Assembly: GCA_030141605.1 (NCBI GenBank)
Contig: JAQGDQ010000254.1
Location: 186,001-250,000, forward strand
Direction of reading: 5' to 3'
DNA: 64,000 nucleotides
Source of the DNA: Tubiluchus corallicola
Lineage: Eukaryota; Animalia; Priapulida
In this document: piece by piece, positions 41,606 through 54,910 of the stretch
How the letters are laid out: each line of letters opens with the position of its first letter
Numbering within the stretch: the stretch's first letter is position 1
Notes under the pieces: generated by a model
Databases searched by the model: none
What the model was told of the DNA's origin: nothing
What the model saw: the letters and a program-made list of their open reading frames with translations, nothing else
Translations under genes and position numbers: made by a program

Positions 41606-43974
41606 CGAAGAAAATGGTTCATAATTATCATAACTCAAGCATTCTCTATCGGTAGGTCGGCTATACCTCAAAACATAGCAAGCCAAAATAATTTAGCAAG
41701 CAACAGCTGGAGTTCAGGCTTAAGCTAATTACGAAGGCTCGGTTCCACAGTAGAGCAGGTCTTGAGCCTGGAATGCCGTTTCTGACTTCCCATACCAAAA
41801 TTATTCCAAACAAACCACAGAATAATCACATTCCGGAAAAGGTGACCAAAACAGTTTTTTATACTGGCAAAAACTCAACAAAGCACGCGACTGTGGTTAC
41901 TGTGCAAACATTGTAAATATTTCTGTGGTTAAAAATGTTGTTTAGTAGGAACAAATAATGTCAGTGCGGTTTGTCAAAAATGTAGACACGCAAATTAGCA
42001 TACAAACATCGATCAGCGGCAGGTAAATTGCACCTGTAATCAATGTCACCAAAGAGACCGACTCGCGAGGTAGGAATTAATATGCAGCACTGGAAAGGTA
42101 CAGTGATTATCAAAAAACTTAAATTGTGGTGAAATTGCCGTTGCAAATAATAACACTAGGAACATCATCGAGTTTTAATTACCTATATTCAAAACTGAAC
42201 CATATAACAAGCTATTGCTTATTTAACTGGCAATGACTTTTCCTTTTTACTTTCATAATCACTGCATGCTTATGCAAATTTTGTTCAGATTATTGCTCAA
42301 ATATTGCTCAGTAAGCTTTAAACTGCATCTTCATAATTTTAAATATTTTTAACTAATTTAATATATACGCTCACCATATTTCTATGTTATGTACTAGCCG
42401 TATTTAGCTAATTTTTATCGATCTTGTTTTAAATCTTGTATTAATCCAGCTTTTGCTGCAATTTTATTGAAAACAAAACATTATATTATAGTCAGCATGA
42501 TTTCTTGTATGTTTCTGGACAAGTAATGTACAAATTACTACAACAACAGTTTTTTTAACCAACTCTACTTCGGAGTATTTGCTTATTAAACTCTGATGAT
42601 ATTATTATTAATCTTCAATGATATGAAATTGTTCAAGACTTTTGTGCTTTGCATTTGATCTTTTTTAAAATGCACAGATTAAAACGTTTCCTTACCACAT
42701 ATTTTGCAAGTAATTTCATTGCTGACTATTGTTGGCTATTGCAGCATTGCTGACTATTCTACCACACCGTCCACTACAATTTTCATATTTTTATACTCAC
42801 AATGGAAAACAGTTCAATGCTCCTTGATTCACGCGAAAAGTCAAATTTTTGGGAGAACTAATGTTTTTTTAAAAGAAAATTTTCTGTCACAACTACATGA
42901 GAAAGATTAAAATATAAAACTTCAAATTTGCCTTCGAAAATAGAAAAAGAAAGGCATTACGTACAGAAACCAATATAGAACACAGAAAAGACATAAAAAT
43001 GTAAAAAGATCTAAAGACAGTTAAAAAACTTGAAATAAAAATCTTTACAGCATTTCAAATGAAATGCAGATAACGAGTTGAACACTGAATATTAATTAAT
43101 TAATAAACGCAAAAACATCAACATTTCCATCAACAAGAATCACGTAGCAAGAGCATGGGATAAGCCCAAATGCCTACTGCGCATGCGTATGAACGAGTAA
43201 GAACATTTTAATGCCAGCCGACAGAAAAAACGCATAAGAACATTTCGCCAGAATTCAAGTTTACATGTAATTGAGCTTCATAAAAGTCATAATTTAAAAG
43301 AAACTTGTCTGCCACCAAGAATTCTGCTTCACCAAACACTAACAGCTGTTATAACGATGATTTTATGATGTGGGGCATATCTAGGTCATTTTCCACTTCC
43401 AGAGACGGCCCAGGGCAGCGATCAAAGGAAGAGAAGCCATTGGGGCAACAAAATCGTTCTGGTCACCTTACAGTCTTCACGCACAATTACGCCACTCGCC
43501 TTTTCTCGAAGATTTATCAAGAATTTCAACTTAATCCGGTTCCCGTTGTGCCTAAATCCCGGAAAACAGGATAAGCTGTAACTAACTGGGCTTCCCATGA
43601 TAAATATTTACCTGGAAGCGGTTGGGCAGATCTCCCGATAAAATGTTCCAGTTTAACGCTCCATTTTCACCAGGAGGCGGGGAGGTCAAAGTGCCCGGAT
43701 TTCGTAAAACGCTGCAGATATGGGGTTAGACAAGCAAAACGACTGTATCTAATGATTACTGATGAAGTCAATAATTACTGCAGAAATGTTGCACAGCAGA
43801 CGTAGCTGCCCAGTAGAAATGTTGGCAGAGAAGAAAAATATAAGAACAAAAGTGCGTCAACTTGCACTGAACAGAATGATTAACTGTTTACAATCTTAAA
43901 TTTATGACCACTTATTAGTGATGGAATGAATTCACAATAATGAATTTTTGACACTAAATTTAAATAAAAGGAAA

Positions 43975-44050
43975 GAAAGTCTTGACTGAGTCAGGATTTG
44001 AACTAGGAACCTTTCGATCACAAGTCCAACGCTATTACGATTATACTACT
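43975..44050 (-). mobile_element. tRNA-like SINE head or tRNA pseudogene relic
   Basis: Reverse strand gtagtataatcgtaatagcgttggacttgtgatc...agttcaaatcc has A/B-box-like sequences but no intact acceptor stem. Confidence 0.4.
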
Positions 44051-46364
44051 TGATACTTTGTGTTTAGAAATCATTTTAATTAGCTCACTTCAGAAATTAA
44101 TTAATTTTGGAGGCATTCTAACGGTTCCATTGCGGTAACAGCGTTAAACTGAATATTTATGAAGCCCAGCGAACAGACGGGCTTCAATATTTCAATGTTT
44201 TGCTAGTTAAACTGGAGATATCACCACTTGTTACATTCCAGTGATTCAACTTTCTTATTTTAGCTAACTTGACACACTCAAAAAGATGCTCTGTTGTATC
44301 TTGCAGAACATTACACAACGGGTATTGCAGGTCATCTACAAAGCTCAGTAGCCCGGGCACTGTTCACAGCAGAGTTATTCAGTACGAGTACCAAAACTAA
44401 TAAATAGCCTCAATATTTTACAGGAGAACTGTATTTTAATGTTTACACACTTACATTTTTAACGAAACGACTATAACCTGGCCACCGTCAATTGACAAGC
44501 AAATAATCAGCTGGCCACTGCTGCCTAAGAAAAAGTTGCGGAAATCTGGGAACGAAAGAGGTTTTCATAGCTACTATAATTAGTTTTTGAAAATTTTGGA
44601 TAATTTTACATCTGTGAGTATTCTGGTTAATGAACGAGCTGACGTTTTTTATCAGTAGCTTATTTGCATACGATTTCCACGCATCTGAAAGTAAATTAAT
44701 TCGTCTCGAGCAACGCAAATTTCACATTAAAGCAGTCACCATGAATATCGTTAAAAAATCAAATTTGGCACTTCAAAGCAACAACTGTGAACTCACATGT
44801 GTTTAGATTTTCTCGATTCGTGCAAGAGAAAATGCGCTAAGCGATGACCTGGCGTGACATAAATTTCACGCCTGGCACATTAAGGAAAAGATGTTGGAGC
44901 GCCTAATCTAAGAACGCAGTGCAGATGCGACTTTAGAAAACACGTTGGAATGATCAAACTCAGCTAGTTAGTAGCAATGTTCAAAGCGCTGAGGCATAAT
45001 GAAAAATACCTTCCCCGTAGTTTCATCCTACTATTCATACTCCACCCTACTACTGCTATAATTCAAAATTACAGAGAATGGCAAAAATGTATATTTTAAT
45101 AAGGTGTTACTTAAAAACGTTTAAGACAATGCTGTACCTAAAATTATTATTATATACAGGGTGTCCGAGATGTCACTATACACTTTACATTTTCTATATT
45201 TTAACAGACAAAGTAAAACGCTTGAAAATTGGTAGAGTCAAACTAAAGCTTTGGACAATTCTTTTAGTCAAATTAGAGAAAATGTGGAGAGAACTACTGC
45301 GTTAGCAGGCTTTGCTACTTTCACCTAGTATCTTCTTCAGTCTCCTCAACAATCATATGGCAATTCGGGCATCTTGCATTCATCAAGTTCTTATAACCTA
45401 TAAATGGTGAGGAAGGGCAGCACGTTCTTGAAAAATTACTTTATTAACAGTGTGATCTACACGGGGCTCTGAATTTCCGCTGAATTTCAGTTGGTGATCG
45501 AAGAACCTCATTCCTTAGGATGTATTATGACTCTACTGCTAGTTCAGTGGCTCATCATGATAATGCATCAAGTTTTAGTCTCTCCACAACCATCCAACTT
45601 TAAGCAGCAGGAACCGCCAATGAATGCTGAATTCCGGTTTGCAGGACGTATAAATTTTTGTTTTGTAGGATAAATTTACAAAAGGGTAGCGAAAATACTG
45701 AGCAATATACTCAACGAGCATCCAGTTGCAAGACATGCCGCTGAATCCTGGAATCCAGCTTGTGGTGTTTCAAAATGCATAAAAATTGCGCCCTGGGTCA
45801 TATCAAAAACATTAATTGTTGTATGTATGCAAATAAAAAGCAAAAACAAGTGTAAATGTTAGCAACTTACATACAGAAAGGTTATGCAATGTTTGTGCTT
45901 CACCAATGTTTCCTCTTTCCATCCAGAACTACTCACTAATGAGCATCATAGACACGAGGTCAAAGAACCTTATTTCCAGGTCAAAATCGATTTAACGAAG
46001 CCCATCTGCTTTCTTCATTAGTGACTGAGAGGTAATCCTCCAAGTTGTACCTACAGACAAATCATACAGAAATCTTATATTGACTTATTCCATCATTGAA
46101 TTCCTATATTAGTCAAGCGGCACTGGTATTCTAATGCAGGGTAAACTGAAGTTATCAATGCCCCATTTTCTACCAGAAGCCAATAGACGTGGATAAATAT
46201 TTTACATGGCAATCAGCTGATAAGGGGATAGCGTCAGTATTACTTATACAGTCGCTATTAAGAGATGGCTTATTGATCAAACCTCCAAGGAAGACTGTGT
46301 TATTAGCTGAAAAGGAAAATGGGCAGGAGAGAGTGGGGACGGAAGGAGAAAAAGAGGGAAAAAG

Positions 46365-46830
<466 letters not shown>

Positions 46831-48479
46831 AAGAAAAAGATGATCACTTAATCCATATACCTACTCTGCTCTTGTGAATTCACTAAGCTGTTATTCACAC
46901 AACAAAAAACACGTGTTTAATTACTCGGATGCACAAATATTCACGGATGAGAAACGGCTTATATGTAGCGTGCAATAATTTAATGCAGACTCGCTGTTAA
47001 CACTGACGACTCCCATAAACTAGAACGCACTGCTAGCACACGCAGCGCCACAGTAACCGCATCATTTGATCAGACTCAGGGAGTACTGCATTTCAACGTG
47101 TTCAGCTTTGCAAAGGCAGTGTTTGGTGTTGGCTTTGCGTAGAGAATTATTACTAAAGCCTACTCGCAACATACCAATAAAAAATGCGAATCTACACACT
47201 ACAGAAATCATCAAAAGATAGCACGTGCACGGGAATCGAAAAAATCATTGTAGAACTAAAATGATTAAATGAGGCTAATATGAATACGTGACAATCACTG
47301 ATAAAATTAACCATCATGTTATATTGTTGAAGAAAAGCAGATCGTAATACTGAAGAATGGGGTGTAATGAAAGATTAGAGTTCTAACATTATTGCTTTTA
47401 TTTCCATTTTTGCTTTGTACAAGTTTATCTTCTTGGCATGAGCCGAAATATTAATATCTAGTGAAACATTAATTTTTATTCTGTTTGCAGTAGTAATAGC
47501 TTGCATTTTGGAAATAAACTAACTTACCATCTCATACACAATATTTGTAATGAAATAAAAACAAACAGTTAGACAACTGCACGTCCGAAAATTAAATCAA
47601 TAATAAATTTGACGTACATTATGAGAAGGCAATAGCATCTGATAACGTGCATGAATTTTATTAAAATTTAATGAGAAAGGTTCTTAACTTGTATGAGCTT
47701 TAATGCAAACTACACGATAAAACACGATTTCATATTTTTTAATTTATACGTATCAGGAAGGTAAGCCAAACTGAAATTTTAACAAACAAAATAAATAAAC
47801 GAACAAACATTGGCGGAGTCAACATTCAGATCTTCATATTTTTACCCAGTATAACTGCACACAAATTTCACCATGCTTATTTTTCAGCTGACCTAACTAT
47901 CGTATCGACAGATTGTGGGAATCTTGCACGTACTCCACGTTGCTTGGAAAACATACTTCCTCCAATATTTGTGGTAAACCAACAGAGAAAAACCACACAA
48001 ACATATCAAGTCCATGTTCAACGAAGCCAAATTGTACACAAGTCATAATTATTTCTCATCGTTAACTTCCTATCACTACTCAACCTGGTCCTAGATGGCA
48101 GCACAGACCCAACATGTTTTCCAATAACTTAGTTCCATCCGCAAGCAGTGCTAGGCACTAAAATAACACAAACTAGGAAGCCAGAACTCTAGTTTTCAGT
48201 AAGCAAAATATTATTGGACTTGAAAAATAACATTTGGTAAGCAACTTTCAGGTTTACTTTTCAGTTATGCTTTTTTAAGAGGAGCACTGAAGCCTCTTTA
48301 CAAGTTGTATGTTAACTAAGACAGTAACAATGCAAATGCAAATTTTTTGTATGTTAATCATTCCTATATGTATACTTTAATGCAAAAATTGAACGAAAAC
48401 TTGATGTCATTTCAATGTCAAGTTATATGGAATAAGTGATTTCACTGACATGAAGTCCGTTTCTAAGCAATCAAGTATG

Positions 48480-48700
48480 GCGAATTAAAAGCTATGACCT
48501 TCAAACAAAAAGTTGATATCATTTCAAGGTTAAATTTTCGAACTATTATTCGCAAGACTTTCAGTACCAAATATACTCTAAGTTTCCTTATACCTCAAAA
48601 TAACGTCTGGACTACACCCATTAAGCTGAAACAGTTATACCAAAAAGATGACATCTTCATGAGAAAATGTATGCTTCCTAATTTAGCTGTCACTGAAAAG
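48480..48700 (+). mobile_element. Possible decayed pogo/CENP-B-type transposase N-terminal HTH
   Basis: ORF 48494 starts MTFKQKVDIISRL...IPQNNVWT..., resembling the T...K..II.RL...IP.ST pattern; the rest is unrecognisable. Confidence 0.3.
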
Positions 48701-49691
48701 TACAGAGGCGGTGCTAAAACTTATCAAAGTGGTGCACTAAACATTGCACATGACATTACTGGTCCAAAATGCACAGCACTGATTAATCGCTACCAAGATT
48801 TTTTTGGCTCAACTGGATATGTCATTTATCTAGAACAATACATTTACTGTTGTCATGAATCCGTTTTTCATGAATGTCATTTAAAACACTAATTACCAAT
48901 GTCAATGTAATCCATTTTTTCGTAAAAATTTAGGATACAAAGTAACTCCATTGACACTTTCTAATATTGAAAGCTGATAAAAGCTTATCATACGAATGCT
49001 GAGAACAAGGAACAGCATCACGGCAAACAGACATCTTTACAGAATTACTTTGCGAGTGACCTAACAATCAAATGAAATAGTGATCCTGCATTTTGTAAAT
49101 ATAAAAAGAAGCATTATTTAACCTTCTAGTCTTGCTACTTTGTCTAGGTTCAAAATTACGAAGAATTTATTAATGTTTGCATCAGCCCGTTGCATTTGTA
49201 AAAGCGGCAATTTCTGAAATTTTTATCAGACACTATAATTATTTTGCGCACAATATGTGTCTGTAGTTCCTTCTAATTCAATAATGATAATGTGAAAACA
49301 ACAACCGACAGAATTATATGATGTCATTTTATTAATGCGTTAAGCCTAGAAATGATGTGCAGCTACAAAACTGAAACACAAAAAAGAGTAGCAGATGGCA
49401 CTCCAATAATATTTAACAAATGCCAGTAACAATGTAAACCACAACCACAAAGAGTGTGTGAACAATAAATAACTGTGTGAAAGGTGTTAAAAGCATACTC
49501 AAAAAATACAATGAGTATGTGTTTAAAAAGTCACATAGTGATACAGGTGGAAGCCACATAGGTAAAGCAAGTATTGTATTATACTGCCTAAATTATATCG
49601 CAAAGTGCAAACTGAAAAGGAAAAGTGACATGTGACTTTCATTCTAAACTCCCACATTGAACAAGTCTATTCAGTATACCTCGAGAATGAA

Positions 49692-50010
49692 AGATTAGAT
49701 TAGATTAGATTGGATTGGATTAGATTAGGTTAGACTAGATTAGAAAAAACAGAAACACAAAAGTATAGAACAAAATAGAATAGAAATAGAATAAGGCAGA
49801 ATCAAATTAGGAAAGAAGGTGGAAGGGGAAGACGGACAGGAAGGGAAGAATAGAAGGGAAGGGGAGAGATGAGATGACAGAAAGAGGAAAGGGCATGGAA
49901 AAGTAGAGGAGATGAGACAAGAGGAAGGGGACGAAGGGAAAGGAAGCAAAAAAAGAGGTCAAGCCAAAAGAGAAGAGGGTTGAGAGGACAGGCAAGGATA
50001 GGAGAGGAGT
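49692..50010. repeat. (GATTA/GATTG)n and (AATAG)n pentamer repeats grading into a purine tract
   Basis: Direct reading. Confidence 0.85.
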
Positions 50011-51112
50011 ATCTTTTGTATACAAGGTATCTTTTTGTGTTGCAATATTCTCATTGCAGTAATAAATGGTAATGGCATTTGTCAACCTACTTCTGCACCA
50101 CCCTGTACAGTAAAACAAAAAAACACGATAATTTTTGTCATAGGTTATTTATATTTATTGCTAGTTAGCTTAAATTTAGCACACAGAAAATTGAAAAAAT
50201 AACTTTTTTGATATTTACTATTTCATAATTAAGATCTACTGATGGACCAAAAAGTAGATTTCTCAAGAGTAAAATCATCCACCATTATTTACCCAACCAC
50301 AAGTGCATTTTTTATATAAATTTAAACAGCTGCAATGCATTTTCTATCTCTAAGACTAAAAGCCAATCCTATAATTTTACTCAAGACTACCAATACTAAC
50401 ACAGCAATATCCATTATGTATTCCGGGTTAGTGTAATCATTCACCCCAGCATTATTTTAGCAGTTCCTGTCTGAAGATTTCGTCCTACAATTCAGAAAAA
50501 AATATTTATGAAAAATAGATATAATTGAGATGAAGAGAGGAAGAAAAGAGGGAATTGGGGCAAGGTAAGGAGAGAATGAAAGGGAAACAAAAGAGAGGGA
50601 GAGAGAGAGGGAGAGAGAGAGAGAGAAAGAGAGAGAACAGCGGGGGAGCGAAGAGCCAGTGTGAGAGCAGTAAAAACAAGCACAAAATTCAAGTGTTCAA
50701 AAAAGGTGAAACCATCACTAGATAGATAACTAATCTCGTGTAAAACCACTATGAATGCAATTGTATGCTAATCATGTTATTCAAGCTACAACCTTGAGTT
50801 AGTACCTGTGCTGCGACTTACATGCAATAAATACCATCTACAATAAATCCTTACTTTTTAAATAAATGCATAAATACTATAATATAAAAGAAAAAGCACT
50901 TACACGTCTTATTTATATCAGGAAGCATTATTGACTTTTACCATTCCGACTTATCTTCATGCTTTTACATTATTTGCTATGGAAGGCATGCCTTTATAAA
51001 AAAACTTAAACATAAACGTCAAGCTTTGCTGACTGACTTAGTAAGGTTAAGGAATGATATATGCGATCACAAAATACTTAGGTTTTACATTTACAAGTAC
51101 TTACCAAGCAAT

Positions 51113-51231
51113 CTAGTCCTGACAGACACATACATATTGAGCTTCATCATTTTGCTCAATGCATGATCCAGATGTTTTACCATTTTTTTTGCAACGGGCA
51201 TTACAATGACGATTGTTCGGAACATCACCAA
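51113..51231 (-). CDS. Defensin-like peptide, terminal exon (xGDVPNNRHCNARCKKNGKTSGSCIEQNDEAQYVCVCQD*)
   Basis: tctttttag acceptor, phase 1; CxxxC...GxC...CxC CS-alpha-beta signature followed by TAG. Confidence 0.85.
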
Positions 51232-51596
51232 CTAAAAAGAGTTAAGCTCATTAGTTTATGGACGGCAGCCACAGATGGTAGCTAATTATTAAATTCGTTT
51301 CTCTTTATTATGGATAGGTGGCTCTGATGCGCATTTACATCATCCTTATTTACATTATTAAGTTATCTGCAGAAGCATGCATATTGCATAATTACAATCA
51401 TTTTTTCATTTAAGTAAGGCGAGCGCATTAATGACCGTATGTAGGGTCGTACATTCACCTCACACTACTCAAATTATTTTATTTTATATTTATTGATGTG
51501 CTTTATATTGTATTTTTTGATGTATGAAATAAAATTCATAGTTCTGAATGACTACGTGCTGACTAATTATGCAGATTCAGGCGTGCTTTAGCAACA

Positions 51597-51695
51597 TGGG
51601 TTGACGGCTCACATGGTTAGAGTATGTGGCCTAAAGCCACAAATTTCTGGACTCGAATCCTGATGCACTAGCAATTTTCCCCGAGCCTCCTTTCT
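51597..51695 (+). mobile_element. tRNA-derived SINE head relic in an intron of the defensin-like gene
   Basis: A-box-like ggctcacatggttagag and B-box-like ggactcgaatcc; tail aatttt...ctcctttct shared with the minus-strand relic at 33490-33580. Confidence 0.5.
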
Positions 51696-52865
51696 AAATT
51701 TGACTGTTGATGGCAAACAACCTTGCTATTTCATTTTTTAATACATATTCACAATAGCTGCAAACAGCTAATTGCATATCACCAAGCGAGGTGTCGGACC
51801 TACAGAAATAAGTAGCATCGTATTTAAATTTTAGGAAATCTACATTAAATTAAAGTTAGTATGAGGCAAGAAAACACCCAAATTGCGATAGTATGACTCT
51901 GTGCTATACTATGAATTTGAGAAACAGAGTGTCTGATTAACAAATGGGTGAGTAAATGATGCTAAAACTGTTTCCAGGCAATTTCACCTGCCATTGCCAC
52001 TTTTTTACTAGGAGAGGATTAAAAATATTACGACATAACCACTGAAAAGTGTTGGTAATTAGCTAGATTCCAGTCTTGCTACGACCATTAAATTGTAGCA
52101 CTTGTAGTCCTGCCATTGAATTCTGTGATCTAGGTTGCAGAATGCAGAATTGTATAAAAAAGAATTCATATAGCAGGTGTACACAGTTCATTAACTAGAC
52201 TTTCTGACTCAAAAATCAGCTTAAAGAGAAAGAAAAGGCAATTTTAAAGTACATGTACATCCACAAAAACTTTCCATACAAAGTTATATTACTAAGCATT
52301 ATGCTTACTTGCCTGAAAGACTTATAATTGGAAAAAGATTCTTAATAATTTAAAATGTTCGTGAAAATTGGTAAAATGTCACCTTCCCAGTGTGCACCAC
52401 CGACTCACTAAAGCTGTCGTCAAAATGGCCGCACTCAACAGTCATCATGGGAGTTTAAATTTTCAAGTTTTATGCAGCTTTACCGCTAATACAAGTTATG
52501 CACCCAATAAGGCAGCATGCAGCTGATACAAAATTTCAAGGCATATTTTTTAGCATTACGTAACTAAAAGGTTTTCTCTTGCGTTAAGTAAATTTTATTA
52601 AAAATTGTCAAACTGAATTATCAAACATTTACATTTGCTTTCATCAAAAAAACAAAGAAAACTTGCAATCGAAGTTATTAGTCTTTCAGTTTAAAAATGA
52701 AAGCCAACACGAACACCTTAATGCACTTATATCATATACAACGAAAGGTGCAAAACAATTTTAGTATAACACTAAAGTTATTAATCAACAATACATGTTA
52801 AGCCTACGACTGTATGTGATTTGCATAACTAGAAAAAAGTAACATTTAGGGATTACTGAGCTTAC

Positions 52866-52904
52866 GCATTTTGCAAGGCCACGGTTGTCCCGGATCATCG
52901 GTCC
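52866..52904 (-). CDS. Defensin-like peptide, 39-nt microexon carrying Cys1 (RTDDPGQPWPCKM)
   Basis: ttttttttactctag acceptor and gtaagc donor; symmetric phase 1-1; supplies the first of six cysteines. Confidence 0.7.
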
Positions 52905-53497
52905 CTAGAGTAAAAAAAATAATCCAAGACAGCATTCATAATAATCAATAACTAAACAATACATATAAATTGATATATATATATATTCTGAATATATGTG
53001 TGTGTGTGTGCGTGCGTGCGTATGTATTGAAAAAAAAAATCATTGGACGTAACACAAAGATCACTAGATCAAATCCCGACTTTGTCCAGATTTTTTACAC
53101 TTCTTTCCTTTCAGTTTGGTTTTAAAATATCAATAATTCTGTGTTCTTTCCATCATGGTCAGAAGTAAATAGTTGTGAGTGCAATGTTCACGGATTAAGT
53201 GGCGTTACGTTATGCAGTTGCGGAATAGATGAAATCGGTTTGTATTGTTTTCAATGCACATTTTTATCAGACTTGCATTTAGCATTATTCTTTTCTTGCA
53301 GCTATTTCCTATTAGTATTTTATACACAGCTATTCCGCAGCCGGATAAACGCCTTCAGTATGCCTGGTAAACGCCACTCTGAATGTTGCTGCAATTCTTC
53401 TGATATATTTAACATGTTTCTAGACTACAAATTAAATGTTAATGATTCTCTGATAATGAAGCAGCACAACAATACTTGATATTCTTCTTAAAATGCT

Positions 53498-53774
53498 ATT
53501 TGCATTTAATGGAAAAGCCATATTCGTATCTCTCCTCACAGATAAATTGCTGAAAAAATTAATTAATTATGAGTCTATAGTTTTTACACTGAAATTACCA
53601 ATGATATTGATTCTACAATTTTGAGTACCACATCACCAATAACTATTCAAAATTGTAGAATCAATATCATTGGTAATTACAGTGTAAAAACTATAGACTC
53701 TTAATTAATTAATTTTTTTCTGCAATTTATCTGTAAGGAGAGATACGAATTTGGTTTTTCCATTAAGTGCAAAT
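53498..53774. repeat. Long near-perfect inverted repeat (~127-bp arms, ~20-nt spacer), fold-back/MITE-like
   Basis: 53498-53624 is the reverse complement of 53647-53774 with only scattered mismatches. Confidence 0.92.
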
Positions 53775-54086
53775 GACAAAAATGGTCATGCACAATGACA
53801 AATGGCGTGAAGATAAATTCTGATTTATGGCAACCATTAAAAAGATGCTAACTCTGCTATTTAACATTATTAAAGAATAAACAACAAAAATAGTTATAAC
53901 AACAAATTTTTCCAGGTGTATGCAAGTAAAGTAATTCATGCATTGACAAAAATGATATGACAAAACATGCTAAGAAATGGAAAAAAGCTAAGAAGTGAAT
54001 TACTTACTGGTTAACTGGCAAACGACTCTAAAAATTAAACATAATTAAATAACTGCTAAATATTATTCAGTTATCATGCAACATAC

Positions 54087-54156
54087 TTTGAGCTTGCACA
54101 ACTGCATTAAACATGATTGATACAAGAAGTAATGTGGCGAGGATTTCCTTCTTCAT
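54087..54156 (-). CDS. Defensin-like peptide, signal-peptide exon (MKKEILATLLLVSIMFNAVVQAQ); the exon spans 54087-54181
   Basis: ttttttcag acceptor at 54182; caaaATG start context; basic n-region, hydrophobic core, VQA|Q cleavage site; phase-1 gtatgt donor. Confidence 0.8.
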
Positions 54157-54910
54157 TTTGCACAGTCAATTCAGTCGGTATCTGAAAAAACAAAGGAGAC
54201 TGCAAATTAATTCTGTAACCGTAAAATACACTATTTACTTGCAATCACTAGCACTGTGTACGAGTAATTATATAAGTAACTGTATATAGATATTCAGTTG
54301 GTACTGAATACGTAGCCAGTAATCCTTTCCATTTGAATTCCTTGTCAAAATTCTTTCAATCGTATTACAGTCTTACCAAGCAAAGAACAGCTGTCAGCCA
54401 GTTTACTACTATTCAGCATCAATTGGCTATTTAGCACTTAGTTTTAGAAAAGGCGAAGTATATGAATCTTCATTCTTTCACATATTGTAATTAATGACAA
54501 CATATTTGCCCCATGAAGTTATATACACTAATCATTAGACAAAAGCCCATCAAATGAGTGTCAAAATGGGCAGCGATTTTACCCAGAATGGAAAGCTTAT
54601 GTTTACATTATAGTAAGCGAGATTCGTGAATAGCAATATACGTCAGTGATATAACGTACAGTTTGTTATGTATAAAAGAAAGTTATCGGTTTTTGGCCAC
54701 AAATGAATTCGACATCAATTATTTGATATTGCAAAATAAATTGACAAAAAGTACAAAATAAGACTTTAACAAAACTCATTTTAATGGGTCAAGAGGTTTA
54801 AGGTGACTATCTAAAAAACTGTAACAAAATTAAAGCACTAGAGTAGTACTTACTACTACACATGTAGTTCAAAAGAAAAAAGTAAACGAAATACTGAAAT
54901 CTAAACTTAC

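Noticed and set aside
43975-44050. Functional tRNA gene (also checked ~2340-2420, ~25890-25955 and ~51597-51670)
   Set aside because: Only degenerate A/B boxes and no closed cloverleaf; better explained as SINE relics
51105-51118. Apparent 14-nt microexon (ctgtcag GACTAGATTGCTTG gtaagt) and a 62-nt intron at 51119-51180
   Set aside because: Reading straight through gives the complete GxC...CxC motif and a stop, so the supposed intron is coding; the gtaagt at 51104 could at most start a 3' UTR intron
51750-51799. Acceptor followed by PTPRLVICN, a possible third Cys1 exon
   Set aside because: In-frame TAG directly after it and no phase-1 donor
52309-52312. 4-nt microexon candidate (tctttcag GCAA gtaagc)
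   Set aside because: It frameshifts the six-Cys model and restores frame only together with the 20-nt exon form, which contains an in-frame TAA; unsupported without reads
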